Shown one piece after another: positions 17,747-26,457 of a DNA stretch of 64,000 nucleotides (position 1 is the first letter of the stretch; every line of letters starts with the position of its first letter). The stretch comes from a virus. The position numbers and the translations under genes are program-made. The notes beneath the pieces are model-generated. The model saw nothing but the letters and a program-made list of their open reading frames with translations, was not told the DNA's origin and did not search any database. The stretch covers positions 1 through 64,000 of the IMG/VR virus record IMGVR_UViG_3300025141_014429. One strand, given 5' to 3'.

Positions 17747-17840
17747 CTCCTTGGTTGTTTGTATAGATATATTATACCATATTATTTTTAAGTCTGTATC
17801 CGGAACCGGTCAAAAAATGACCAACTTAAAAAAAAGTTTA
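17747..17840 (-). repeat. 94-bp sigma-gene upstream element, copy 2 (inverted)
   Basis: 88% identical to 11452..11545; contains TGGTATAAT and AAGGAG on the minus strand. Confidence 0.9.
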
Positions 17841-17859
17841 AAAAAGTTTTTTGTACTTG

Positions 17860-18000
17860 GAGCTCGAATGTGCGAAGCCGATATGCATCTCGCGCTAAGG
17901 GCTAGGGCGCCTAGGCCCTGCCCGGGGGCGCTGCGTCGGGGCCCGCGTCTAGCCCACCGGCGCGGCCTGCGCCAGCCCCTGGCCCGCCTAAGGACGTTCA
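17860..18000. other. extremely GC-rich palindromic island at the early/late boundary
   Basis: about 110 bp almost entirely G/C with nested inverted repeats (GGGCTAG/CTAGCCC, CTAGG/CCTAG, GGCGC/GCGCC) between divergent transcription units. Confidence 0.75.
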
Positions 18001-18181
18001 CTCTGCTCGAGAATTTTTCAAAAACTTTTAGTACAGCCAGACAACGAAGAGAACGATATATCACGATTATCACACGAAACACACGAAGTAACTCATTTTC
18101 TGCACGGAAGAGCAGTGGCTATAGACCAAAATCAAAAAAAATTCTTCGGGAAAATTTCAAAACTTTTTCCTATTTATATTC

Positions 18182-19564
18182 ATGAAGATTACAAGAAGAC
18201 AACTTAGACAAATCATTGAATCAAGTGTTATCAAGCGAGGCGACGATTACGTCGCTCCCGTTGAAGCCCCACTCACAGATCCGCGAGATTATGATTTTGA
18301 CCTATCAGATGAAAACAAAGAAAAACTCCATGCATTAGCAGGATCAGATCCGAATTCAGGCGGACCGGCTCAGGCAGACAGCTTAGCTGACACCTTAGAT
18401 TTCCCTAGTTCAGGTCGTTTCGGTGCAGATACGCTAAGCATGCAAACAAAAATGTATGACATGGGCTTGGATTTAATTAATGATCCGGAAGTCGATCAAC
18501 TACTAGATCGTGCAATTGAACTCTCTGTTAAAGATAATTATTCAGAACACATAACTGATGATCTCATTTACGTTCTAAATGCAGGTTATAAGTATCCAGA
18601 AGGGCCGGGTGGTTTTCAGTTATTTTTAAATGGTGATCCGGATTTTAATGATGAAAATCTGGATACTGAATGGGGAGGGCTAAATACTACAGTTTTTCAT
18701 CCAGGTCGGCCGGCGATTACCTCTGATCTGATTACCTTTGTCATGAGAAAAATGTACTTCCTAATTGGGATAAAACTCACCGGTATTCAAGATTCAATGC
18801 GCAGGGATGGTACCTCAGCTTTAGAATTGGTCGATGACTTCAGCTCCGATAGAAATGTAGAAGAACTTGCTCCGGAATACTTGAAGCAACGTTTTGAAAA
18901 GTTTGAGAAAGTCAAAGAATTATTTAAAAAAAGAACATCGAAGGCAAGATATCCTGCGGTTGCTCAGCATGTATACGACAAGTTGATGAAGCCAATGTAC
19001 GAGATATTCACCTCAGCTCATAAAGCTTATAAGCATGTTGACCCAGAGATAGACATGAGCCAAATCAAAGAGAGTAAGTTAGGAGACAACATGAAGCTAA
19101 ACAGAAAATCACTGCGCCGACTCATTATGGAAGAAATCGAAATTCTTGCAGAAGCGCCAGAAAACTCGCCCTTTCCTTATCGCGCAAAGGTCATGCTCGG
19201 TCTAGTACCTGGTGTGGACGTTTTACCAACTAGTGCAGTTGAAGAGCCATGGAATTCAGATGATGATGAACATCGAGCACTCTATGTCGCGCTACAAGAT
19301 CTAGGTGACATTGTCATGCCCGGATCACAAAACAGCACAGGTCAAGTTCAACTCAGGCAGGAAAAACTACGAGGTGGTGAGCGCTTACCCTTTCTTATGG
19401 ATAAGCTTAACATTGCAAAGAGTATCATCATGGATTCTGTCGATCCTTCTACAGAAAGAAAATGGTTTGTTAGAGAGGAAGACGCTCTAGTCCACTTTAT
19501 TACAGAACTAGGGCGTGTACTAACTAGAGAATCAGGCGGTCCGGACTTTAGCGTACTACAGTAG
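18182..19564 (+). CDS. hypothetical virion-type protein with conserved N-terminal leader and an internal in-frame second leader at 19091
   Basis: MKITRRQLRQIIES; internal AGGAG SD plus ATG giving MKLNRKSLRRLIMEE. Confidence 0.75.
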   Translation: MKITRRQLRQIIESSVIKRGDDYVAPVEAPLTDPRDYDFDLSDENKEKLHALAGSDPNSGGPAQADSLADTLDFPSSGRFGADTLSMQTKMYDMGLDLINDPEVDQLLDRAIELSVKDNYSEHITDDLIYVLNAGYKYPEGPGGFQLFLNGDPDFNDENLDTEWGGLNTTVFHPGRPAITSDLITFVMRKMYFLIGIKLTGIQDSMRRDGTSALELVDDFSSDRNVEELAPEYLKQRFEKFEKVKELFKKRTSKARYPAVAQHVYDKLMKPMYEIFTSAHKAYKHVDPEIDMSQIKESKLGDNMKLNRKSLRRLIMEEIEILAEAPENSPFPYRAKVMLGLVPGVDVLPTSAVEEPWNSDDDEHRALYVALQDLGDIVMPGSQNSTGQVQLRQEKLRGGERLPFLMDKLNIAKSIIMDSVDPSTERKWFVREEDALVHFITELGRVLTRESGGPDFSVLQ

Positions 19565-19571
19565 GTTAATA

Positions 19572-19664
19572 ATGAAACTTACAAGAGTACAATTGCGAAG
19601 TCTGATAGACGAGCTCATGAGCTTAGACTACCAATTAACACCCGTTGTAATTGCAAATCGATAA
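19572..19664 (+). pseudogene. leader-only remnant (MKLTRVQLRSLIDE...) running into the convergent gene
   Basis: 30-aa ORF, not in track; only the leader motif is recognisable and the rest overlaps 19628..20164. Confidence 0.5.
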
Positions 19665-20164
19665 TAGTCCTTCACATCGGGTATATAAGCCACATGAACA
19701 GGTACACTAAACTTACCTGCCTGCTGTGTCCATCCTACAGCAGTTACTAAATGAAAATAATGTTCCTGATTAGATGGGTCATATATAGTACCATTCACGC
19801 CCACACCTAGCTGTAGAGCCTCGTTGATCTCGAAGCCTACCAATACATTAGCACTAGGTGCTAGTACACTCTGGTCAATACCAGAGACCATGATGTTTTG
19901 TATATAGAGGATATCTAGCCAGTCACCCCCATGCATTGTCTGCTGCATCTCGAATCCGAGTGAAACCATATGTGGACTTTCTAGTCTGTCGCTTGTGTCA
20001 GCTTTATTTGCGTAAGTGTAGCCAAAACGCATACCTTTTCTCGTCGTCCATTCTTCACCCGTCAGGTCATACACTTCATCGTTTTTTGCATATGATATAG
20101 TGGGTATCATTGTGAAGATAATTGTTATCAGTACTATGATTAATCCTATGAAATTCTTTAACAT
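19628..20164 (-). CDS. secreted, probable outer-membrane beta-barrel-like protein
   Basis: signal peptide ending in ISYA, alternating beta-strand pattern, C-terminal ...TTGVNW; AAGGAG SD. Confidence 0.55.
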   Translation of the reverse strand: MLKNFIGLIIVLITIIFTMIPTISYAKNDEVYDLTGEEWTTRKGMRFGYTYANKADTSDRLESPHMVSLGFEMQQTMHGGDWLDILYIQNIMVSGIDQSVLAPSANVLVGFEINEALQLGVGVNGTIYDPSNQEHYFHLVTAVGWTQQAGKFSVPVHVAYIPDVKDYYRFAITTGVNW

Positions 20165-20275
20165 AGTGTCTCCTTTATAATAGATTGATTCAATTATAAC
20201 CGGTCAATACAAGAAGTACTAACTAATTTATAACTTTTGCAAATTATTTCATATTTATCGATAGAGGGGTATCTT

Positions 20276-20869
20276 ATGAAAATAACAAGACGACAATTAA
20301 GAAAACTTATTATGGAGCAACTCAATACAGATCAGCTTCAAAAACTAAGTGGTTATCTATATAGCGATAATGAAGAAGACCTCAGGCAAGGCTTAGCACT
20401 AGTGCAATCTTTTATTGATGAAGAGGGCATGTATCCAGGAGTGACGCAATTATATAATGAAGTGGCTGCTGCTAAAAATGCAAAAATTGAACAGGTAAGA
20501 GGTGAGCTCACCAGTTTAGAACAGCAAAATACTGATATCCGCAATAAAACACGTAGTGTCTTAAAACAAATTGATGTACATCGTGATAGTTTTATAACAG
20601 GTGAGGAACCGAGTACTGGGCATAGCATGCTTAAACAAATAGCTGGTGTCGACATGCCGCAAGATAAGCTTAATGTGATGAAAAGAGAATTTACCCACCT
20701 CATACACAGAGGTTTTAAAGCCGAAAAAGCATTGGAAGCAAAGCATGCAGAACTCCAAAAACTTTTAAATAATTACAGAATATTTGAAGAATTCCCTATT
20801 GAATTAGACTATGGTAACAGGGGAAGTGTTGTCATACAAGACCCACTGATGGAATCTAAGTGGAAATAA
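20276..20869 (+). CDS. coiled-coil protein with conserved N-terminal leader (start revised)
   Basis: MKITRRQLRKLIMEQ; GAGGGG SD. Confidence 0.75.
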   Translation: MKITRRQLRKLIMEQLNTDQLQKLSGYLYSDNEEDLRQGLALVQSFIDEEGMYPGVTQLYNEVAAAKNAKIEQVRGELTSLEQQNTDIRNKTRSVLKQIDVHRDSFITGEEPSTGHSMLKQIAGVDMPQDKLNVMKREFTHLIHRGFKAEKALEAKHAELQKLLNNYRIFEEFPIELDYGNRGSVVIQDPLMESKWK

Positions 20870-20945
20870 GTCGAGAAGGACCCGTGGTCCTACTCGGCGC
20901 TCGTAGAGTAAAAGTCGCGCCGGCGGACGGCGGGAATTCTTTTTT
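20870..20945 (+). ncRNA. candidate structured RNA or regulatory element
   Basis: GC-rich intergenic stretch with stems GTCGAG..AGGAC/GTCCT..CTCGGC, GGCGC/GCGCC, CGCCG/CGGCG, then a T tract. Confidence 0.35.
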
Positions 20946-21050
20946 AATGTTTTTTAGGTTGATTAAGAATAATTATGTATAGGTTAATGGGATGAGGTTG
21001 GTTGTGTGTCCCATTTATTAAATGAATTGTTTAAACATAAGGTGAGTTAA

Positions 21051-21764
21051 ATGAAGTTAAACAGAATTAAACTGCGACAATTAATTATTGAAGTTCTGGT
21101 TGAGGGAAGTCACAAGTATGTTGCTAAGTCTGGAATTGGTGGAGAAGATGATGAAGTTTATACGATGGATCAAACCCATGTAGCTAAATTAACTGGAAGA
21201 ACACTTGACGCGATGTCAAAAGGCAAGCACCCAAATCTTGGTGCGTTAAAGGTGAGTGACCCAGACTATGCAAGTAAATTAGCATCAGATGCAGGATATC
21301 AACCAGAAACAACTACTATCGAGCGCGGTGCGCAAAATATTCCAGACAGCGAATTTACTAAACCAGACTCACCACTCCAAGATTATTCACAAGGTAAGTC
21401 AATAGAATTTACGAAGTATTTGAAAAAAGAATGCAGGAAAAGAGGATATACTTGTACTGTTAAAGACGAGAGAAACTTTGACCCTGAGGATCCTTTTCTT
21501 GCTGTGAGTGTTATGGATGATAATGCAATTGAAAGGAAAAAACTTTACGGTGAAAGTGAGTATGGTATTGATGCTAGTATTCATTTGAGTGACGATGGAG
21601 AAGGTATCTTTATTGAAATTTTTGACAACAGAGTCGATGCATCACCATTCAGCTTTAATGATGCTAGTATTGGTTTTGGTGAAGCAGAGACTGCACCATA
21701 TTTTAAACAGTCTGGTGGTTTAGATGAACTAGCAAAAAGAATTTTAGATAGTACTGCATATTGA
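21051..21764 (+). CDS. hypothetical protein with conserved N-terminal leader
   Basis: MKLNRIKLRQLIIEV; AAGGTGAG SD. Confidence 0.75.
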   Translation: MKLNRIKLRQLIIEVLVEGSHKYVAKSGIGGEDDEVYTMDQTHVAKLTGRTLDAMSKGKHPNLGALKVSDPDYASKLASDAGYQPETTTIERGAQNIPDSEFTKPDSPLQDYSQGKSIEFTKYLKKECRKRGYTCTVKDERNFDPEDPFLAVSVMDDNAIERKKLYGESEYGIDASIHLSDDGEGIFIEIFDNRVDASPFSFNDASIGFGEAETAPYFKQSGGLDELAKRILDSTAY

Positions 21765-21778
21765 ATGAAGGAGTATGT

Positions 21779-22624
21779 GTGAGTGAAAAAAATAACTTAT
21801 TAGATATTGATGGTTTTGTTGACTTAGTTAAAATGTTGGATGAAGAATTGCTATCAGAAAACCCTAGCGTAAATGTTAAAAAACATTCTCTACAAGAGCA
21901 ATTCATAGAAGTAATTAGAGATGCTGATGCTTTTGAAGAGTGGCAAGAATTATCGAATCAAAGAAAAATTGAGATGCAGGAAAGCTTTTCAGAATTTGGT
22001 AAAAAAACTAGAGGTCGAAGACGTAGATTGTTTGTACCTATAATAAATTCTGGTCCCGGTGCTATTGTTCAGGGAAATGCACAACAAATAAATTTCACAG
22101 GACAAAATTTTGGTAATAGTGAAATACAAATTCAATATGTCTTTGGAGGATCCTCAGCAACATCAACTGCTACACCAGAAAATCAAGGAACTTCTGCAAA
22201 TACATTTGTTCCAGCGGCTGTTTATGGACAAACGTTAGGTACCAGCATTACTATGTCTATAGTTGCAAATAACTTTACATCAAATGAATTTACAACAAAT
22301 GTTTTAGGCATTGTTATAGCACAACCTAACATTTTAAGCATTACAGGAGATATAAAGAATGGAGCTGTAACTACATTAACAATTGCCGGATCTAACTTTG
22401 GATCCGGAGCACCGGGACATCCTGCAATAGTTCAATTTAATGTAGGTGGTTCAATTACAAATCAAAATGCTGTGTCTACTAGTCAAACTTTAGTTACAGT
22501 TGAGGTACCGCCTGCTATTTATAGTCAGCCTGTTGGAACTACAGTTAATATTAAAGTTTTACGGAATGATGGTGGATCACCAGTTCCATCAGGCAACAGT
22601 ATTAATAAAACAATTATATCTTAA
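21779..22624 (+). CDS. IPT/TIG (Ig-like) repeat protein, probably virion-associated (GTG start revised)
   Basis: two ...FTGQNFG / IAGSNFG...TVEVPP repeats typical of IPT/TIG; AAGGAG SD. Confidence 0.6.
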   Translation: MSEKNNLLDIDGFVDLVKMLDEELLSENPSVNVKKHSLQEQFIEVIRDADAFEEWQELSNQRKIEMQESFSEFGKKTRGRRRRLFVPIINSGPGAIVQGNAQQINFTGQNFGNSEIQIQYVFGGSSATSTATPENQGTSANTFVPAAVYGQTLGTSITMSIVANNFTSNEFTTNVLGIVIAQPNILSITGDIKNGAVTTLTIAGSNFGSGAPGHPAIVQFNVGGSITNQNAVSTSQTLVTVEVPPAIYSQPVGTTVNIKVLRNDGGSPVPSGNSINKTIIS

Positions 22625-22669
22625 AATTAGCTTATTCCTTAATAATTATACTTGTATTACGGAGTATAT

Positions 22670-23122
22670 ATGGATTCAATGTTAGATATACTGTTAAATC
22701 ATGGCTCTCTCGGTGTATTTGCTGCTTTTTTAATTTGGTTATATACCAATATGCAGCAACGCATGGATGAGTTAGTCAATAAATTTCAAACTCAAATAGA
22801 TGAGATGCGCAAAGATCAAAAAGATGAACAAGAATTACTACGTGTTCGTTATGATGATGTAATTGCAAAGTATGATTCTGAACGTAAACAAATGCGACTT
22901 CAAATCAAAGATAGATTAGAAAAGGTTGGATTGCGAACACAAAAAATCGATCAAAGAACATCTAACATTCTGATTAGACAAGAAAGCGGCAATGATGATA
23001 TTGGTTCTCTTGATAAGAAAATAGAAATAATGGCAGATCTGCTCAAACAAATGGAACAAGAGCAAAGAGTTAGAAATTTAGTTAAAATGGCTCATGGTGA
23101 TAATACTATTCCCCCAAAATAG
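22670..23122 (+). CDS. single-TM coiled-coil protein, holin-like
   Basis: N-terminal HGSLGVFAAFLIWLY followed by a long coiled coil; GGAG SD. Confidence 0.45.
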   Translation: MDSMLDILLNHGSLGVFAAFLIWLYTNMQQRMDELVNKFQTQIDEMRKDQKDEQELLRVRYDDVIAKYDSERKQMRLQIKDRLEKVGLRTQKIDQRTSNILIRQESGNDDIGSLDKKIEIMADLLKQMEQEQRVRNLVKMAHGDNTIPPK

Positions 23123-23132
23123 AAGTGATTAA

Positions 23133-23858
23133 ATGAAAATATCAGAAAACAAAATAAGAAGATTGATAAGAGAATCTTTGTTTGGTAAAAGAATAAAGAC
23201 TATTAATGAAAGTATCATTGATAATTTTGTTGCAAAAGCAAAAGAAATAGGTGGTGACATTGCTAACAAAGCTGCTGAGTTTGGGGAAAATTTTCTTAAA
23301 TTTTATTCGGCAACACCTGCAGGATTAATATTTAGTTCATTAACTGGATGTTCATCATCAGGATGTAGTAAAGCAGGTTGTCATTGGGTTTGGTGGTTTA
23401 ACAACGGTATAATGAGTACTTGCAAATATAATCTATATGCTGTATCTGCTCAAGATGGTTCTATTCAGAAAAATTTTCACATTATTCACTGGCCTAAAGA
23501 ATCTTTTGATGAATTAATATCTGAAGATAGTATTTTTTGTGAAAAAGACTTTTCTAAAGCTTTTGGAAAATCTGAATGGGGAGATATTTTTGAAATGTTG
23601 CAAAATAGAAAAAAAGATGAAGAGCTTCTAGAATACACACTCAGTGAAGAAACTAATCGCGACTTAGATAACGGAGGTGTGTGCTGGGCCATTGACATGT
23701 CTCCTGGCACTATTTCAGATGCAAGGATTCCTCAAACACCAGGAATACTCATTGGAATAGATTTAGACGGGTACATTGATGTGCTTAATGAACCTAATAA
23801 TTTTCAAATCATAGGGGATCCTGTTTTAGTTGAAAGTGGTGGTGGCGCTAGCGGGTAA
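23133..23858 (+). CDS. hypothetical protein with conserved N-terminal leader
   Basis: MKISENKIRRLIRES. Confidence 0.7.
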   Translation: MKISENKIRRLIRESLFGKRIKTINESIIDNFVAKAKEIGGDIANKAAEFGENFLKFYSATPAGLIFSSLTGCSSSGCSKAGCHWVWWFNNGIMSTCKYNLYAVSAQDGSIQKNFHIIHWPKESFDELISEDSIFCEKDFSKAFGKSEWGDIFEMLQNRKKDEELLEYTLSEETNRDLDNGGVCWAIDMSPGTISDARIPQTPGILIGIDLDGYIDVLNEPNNFQIIGDPVLVESGGGASG

Positions 23859-23883
23859 TAATTTTTAATATATTAAAAATATT

Positions 23884-23912
23884 TTGTAAACCCACCCCTT
23901 TATGTGTATAAT
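23884..23912 (+). promoter_or_regulatory. sigma70-type promoter TTGTAA-N17-TATAAT
   Basis: 17-bp spacer, upstream of 23976. Confidence 0.65.
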
Positions 23913-23975
23913 ATTATTAATTGGTTCAACAAATACCAGTTAAAAATCATAAAAAATTAAAGGGAGATATAATTT

Positions 23976-24176
23976 ATGAGATACAATAAATCAAAAGCTA
24001 CTACAAGATTCAATTTCAACATTAACCGTGATACAATCTCACACAAGAAAGGCGTTAATCGACTAGTAATTGGAACACGTGACAGTGGAACATATGGTAC
24101 TACTTCATCACAGTTTACATTGACTGTTAAAGAAGCAAAAGCACTTCGAAGCTTTTTGAATGAACATCTAGGTTAA
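23976..24176 (+). CDS. small basic protein, monocistronic
   Basis: AGGGAG SD, own promoter and terminator. Confidence 0.75.
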   Translation: MRYNKSKATTRFNFNINRDTISHKKGVNRLVIGTRDSGTYGTTSSQFTLTVKEAKALRSFLNEHLG

Positions 24177-24204
24177 TTAGTTAAAGCTTTAGATTATAAA
24201 AAAA

Positions 24205-24232
24205 AGAAAACCTCCCTTATGGGAGGTTTTCT
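24205..24232. terminator. bidirectional intrinsic terminator
   Basis: AGAAAACCTCCC-TTAT-GGGAGGTTTTCT between convergent genes. Confidence 0.85.
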
Positions 24233-24233
24233 A

Positions 24234-25253
24234 TTATCTTCTTCGATCCCAAATTCTTGCGTTATTTCTTTTCTTTTGTTTTTTTGCTGCGTAATATAAT
24301 CTTTTAAATGCATTTCGTACATTTTCATTTCCAGATCCTAAGTTTGACATATATTGTAGATTTTCCTCTAATTCTCTGTCATACTGGTTATCAAATCCGC
24401 TTTTTCTAACATTTTTATACCACGTATTTAAAAGCCATATAAAATTCTCTTTTAGCGCTTTCTTTTCTGACATACTATAGTCAGTGTAATTTTTAAGCTC
24501 TTCTAAGTATGTATTAAAGAAATCTTTCATATTGTTAATGGCATCAAATTTATCGCCCATATTATCTTCATCTTCATAGTATCCTATCTTGTAACCTAAT
24601 TCAATAACAAGATTGTAAAAATGATCCATCATATCAACACCTGTATCTAAACTTGATATGAGATTATAAGACATTCTACCGGATCCTGGTGCCGCATTTG
24701 TATCAAAAAATCCGGCATCCAACATTTGTTGAAACCATGTTTCTTTTGTCCTAGAGTCTATCGGTGCCATTAACCAATCTACTGTTTTTAAAAATTCCGC
24801 AGCTGCTGACTGTGCTGAGGATATCCTCCTATCAGCATTTCTTATTGGGGGGCTCACGTTGCGTGCCATGTTACATAGTGAAATATAAGCCTTAAGAAAT
24901 TCTTTGGCGTTCTGTATTTTTACAATATTTTGTGCGCCGGCAGCTAATTCTTGCATGGAATGTTGTTGTTGCTCTTGTTGTTGCTCTTCCTGCGCTAAAA
25001 TAATTTCTTCAGCTTGAGAAAAGCTCATCAAACCATCATCAACTTTTCCAAGAATATTAAAAATATTTCCCAAATCTTGGAAAGATTTACTTGCTGTAGG
25101 GTCAGGATTCTTATCCGGATGATAAGTTCTAGCAAATTCCCTATACTTGCTTTTAAAATCATTTTTTTCATATGCATCAAGCAAATCTTGTTTTTGTTTC
25201 TGGCTTAATTGTTCACTAATTAATATTTTGATAATTAATTTATCTACGAGCAC
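24234..25253 (-). CDS. J-domain (DnaJ-like) protein with leader-like N-terminus
   Basis: YREFARTYHPDKNP..ASKSFQDLGNIFNIL with HPD motif; poly-Q linker; MLVDKLIIKILISEQ. Confidence 0.8.
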   Translation of the reverse strand: MLVDKLIIKILISEQLSQKQKQDLLDAYEKNDFKSKYREFARTYHPDKNPDPTASKSFQDLGNIFNILGKVDDGLMSFSQAEEIILAQEEQQQEQQQHSMQELAAGAQNIVKIQNAKEFLKAYISLCNMARNVSPPIRNADRRISSAQSAAAEFLKTVDWLMAPIDSRTKETWFQQMLDAGFFDTNAAPGSGRMSYNLISSLDTGVDMMDHFYNLVIELGYKIGYYEDEDNMGDKFDAINNMKDFFNTYLEELKNYTDYSMSEKKALKENFIWLLNTWYKNVRKSGFDNQYDRELEENLQYMSNLGSGNENVRNAFKRLYYAAKKQKKRNNARIWDRRR

Positions 25254-25312
25254 TATTCACCTCTTGTTTATAGTTAATTATGTGGTGATATTGTAATTTT
25301 CTATGTAAAGTA

Positions 25313-25597
25313 ATGAGCAGCAGAATAAAATATAATGAAGAGAGCGCAACTCAAAGTATTGAGGGATATTGGTGCATAAGGGACTTAAGGGTTGGAGATG
25401 TTATCAAGATCAAACCTGCTTTAGAAAAAAAGCAACCTACTCTCTTTCCTCAGTCTGGATACTGCATTGTAATAAAAGTTATAAAACATATATACAAAGA
25501 TTACCCAGATGAGCATCTTCTTCACGTCCTTAGTAAAAAAAGAGGAATATTTAAAATTCAACCAGAGTGTTGCATGTTAGTAGTAGGCGTTTCATGA
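25313..25597 (+). CDS. small SH3/KOW-like protein
   Basis: LRVGDVIKIK motif. Confidence 0.5.
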   Translation: MSSRIKYNEESATQSIEGYWCIRDLRVGDVIKIKPALEKKQPTLFPQSGYCIVIKVIKHIYKDYPDEHLLHVLSKKRGIFKIQPECCMLVVGVS

Positions 25598-25839
25598 AAG
25601 ACAAATTTAAAATAGAAAAAGGTGATTTACTGAAGATCGGGTTAGAAACCTTAGGAACATTCTGGTGTGACTCAGGGGAAAGCTTTGACTACATAGTACC
25701 TAGAGGAACAGTAACTGTGGCTATGTCAAATATTAATCAGATTCCTGGTTGGGAAATATTAGAACTAGATATACTATTAGACAATAGAATTGTTACCTTA
25801 ATTTTAAATACTGATTTAGCTGAGATAGATATAATTTAA
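25594..25839 (+). CDS. small SH3/KOW-like protein (start revised)
   Basis: KIEKGDLLKI motif; ATGA overlap. Confidence 0.5.
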   Translation: MKDKFKIEKGDLLKIGLETLGTFWCDSGESFDYIVPRGTVTVAMSNINQIPGWEILELDILLDNRIVTLILNTDLAEIDII

Positions 25840-26051
25840 TGGAATCAATAAGAAACAGTTATTGGGTAATTCACATCAATCAGGAAATGATTACTGATCA
25901 TGAAGGGAAGTACTTAATTTTTGAATCTTTATCAACATTAATACTATATCTTGGTTACGAACTGGATGAAGATTTAAGAAAAATTGCAAACTACGATCAG
26001 ATTGCAATAGATACAGAAGATTTAGATATGGGAATAAATATAATAAACTAG
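25839..26051 (+). CDS. hypothetical protein
   Basis: start overlaps upstream stop. Confidence 0.55.
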   Translation: MESIRNSYWVIHINQEMITDHEGKYLIFESLSTLILYLGYELDEDLRKIANYDQIAIDTEDLDMGINIIN

Positions 26052-26063
26052 ATATTTATTTTT

Positions 26064-26447
26064 ATGTTAATAAGCGAAACAATACTGAGATTGTCTATTG
26101 CTAGGCTGATTATTGAGAGTGACAATGTGGACAGCAAAAAGGCTGTTGAGTATGTGAAAAAGTATCTTGGCCCGGAGTACTTATATCTTTTAGCGCAACC
26201 TGCATTAATACAAGTGCTAGGCTCAACTTTTCAACCGATAACTGTACCTTCACATGTAAGAGACGTAAGAATAGAAGATCATGAAAAAGATGCAAAAGAG
26301 TCAGAAAAACTTAGCAAAGGATCATTAAAAATAGGTAAAGCAGGTGAATTTGATATTTATGATGTCAATATCGATTCAATTGAAGACATAACAGATGAAT
26401 TAAAATTTCGTGATGAAACTAGTTTCTTAGATAAGAAAAAGAAGTAG
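26064..26447 (+). CDS. hypothetical protein with leader-like N-terminus
   Basis: MLISETILRLSIARLIIES. Confidence 0.65.
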   Translation: MLISETILRLSIARLIIESDNVDSKKAVEYVKKYLGPEYLYLLAQPALIQVLGSTFQPITVPSHVRDVRIEDHEKDAKESEKLSKGSLKIGKAGEFDIYDVNIDSIEDITDELKFRDETSFLDKKKK

Positions 26448-26457
26448 CAATCGATAT

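Noticed and set aside
7780-18130. The two GC islands as a long inverted repeat
   Set aside because: Only short shared words are present (TTCTCTTCGTT, AGCCACTGC, TATAGCC, CTCGAGAA) and their order is not colinear, so they may be chance or isolated binding sites.
17586-18185. 199-aa ORF across the sigma gene, repeat and GC island (also 17810..18082, 7930..8324)
   Set aside because: There is no SD, it overlaps a real gene and regulatory DNA, and it stays open only because GC-rich sequence lacks stops.
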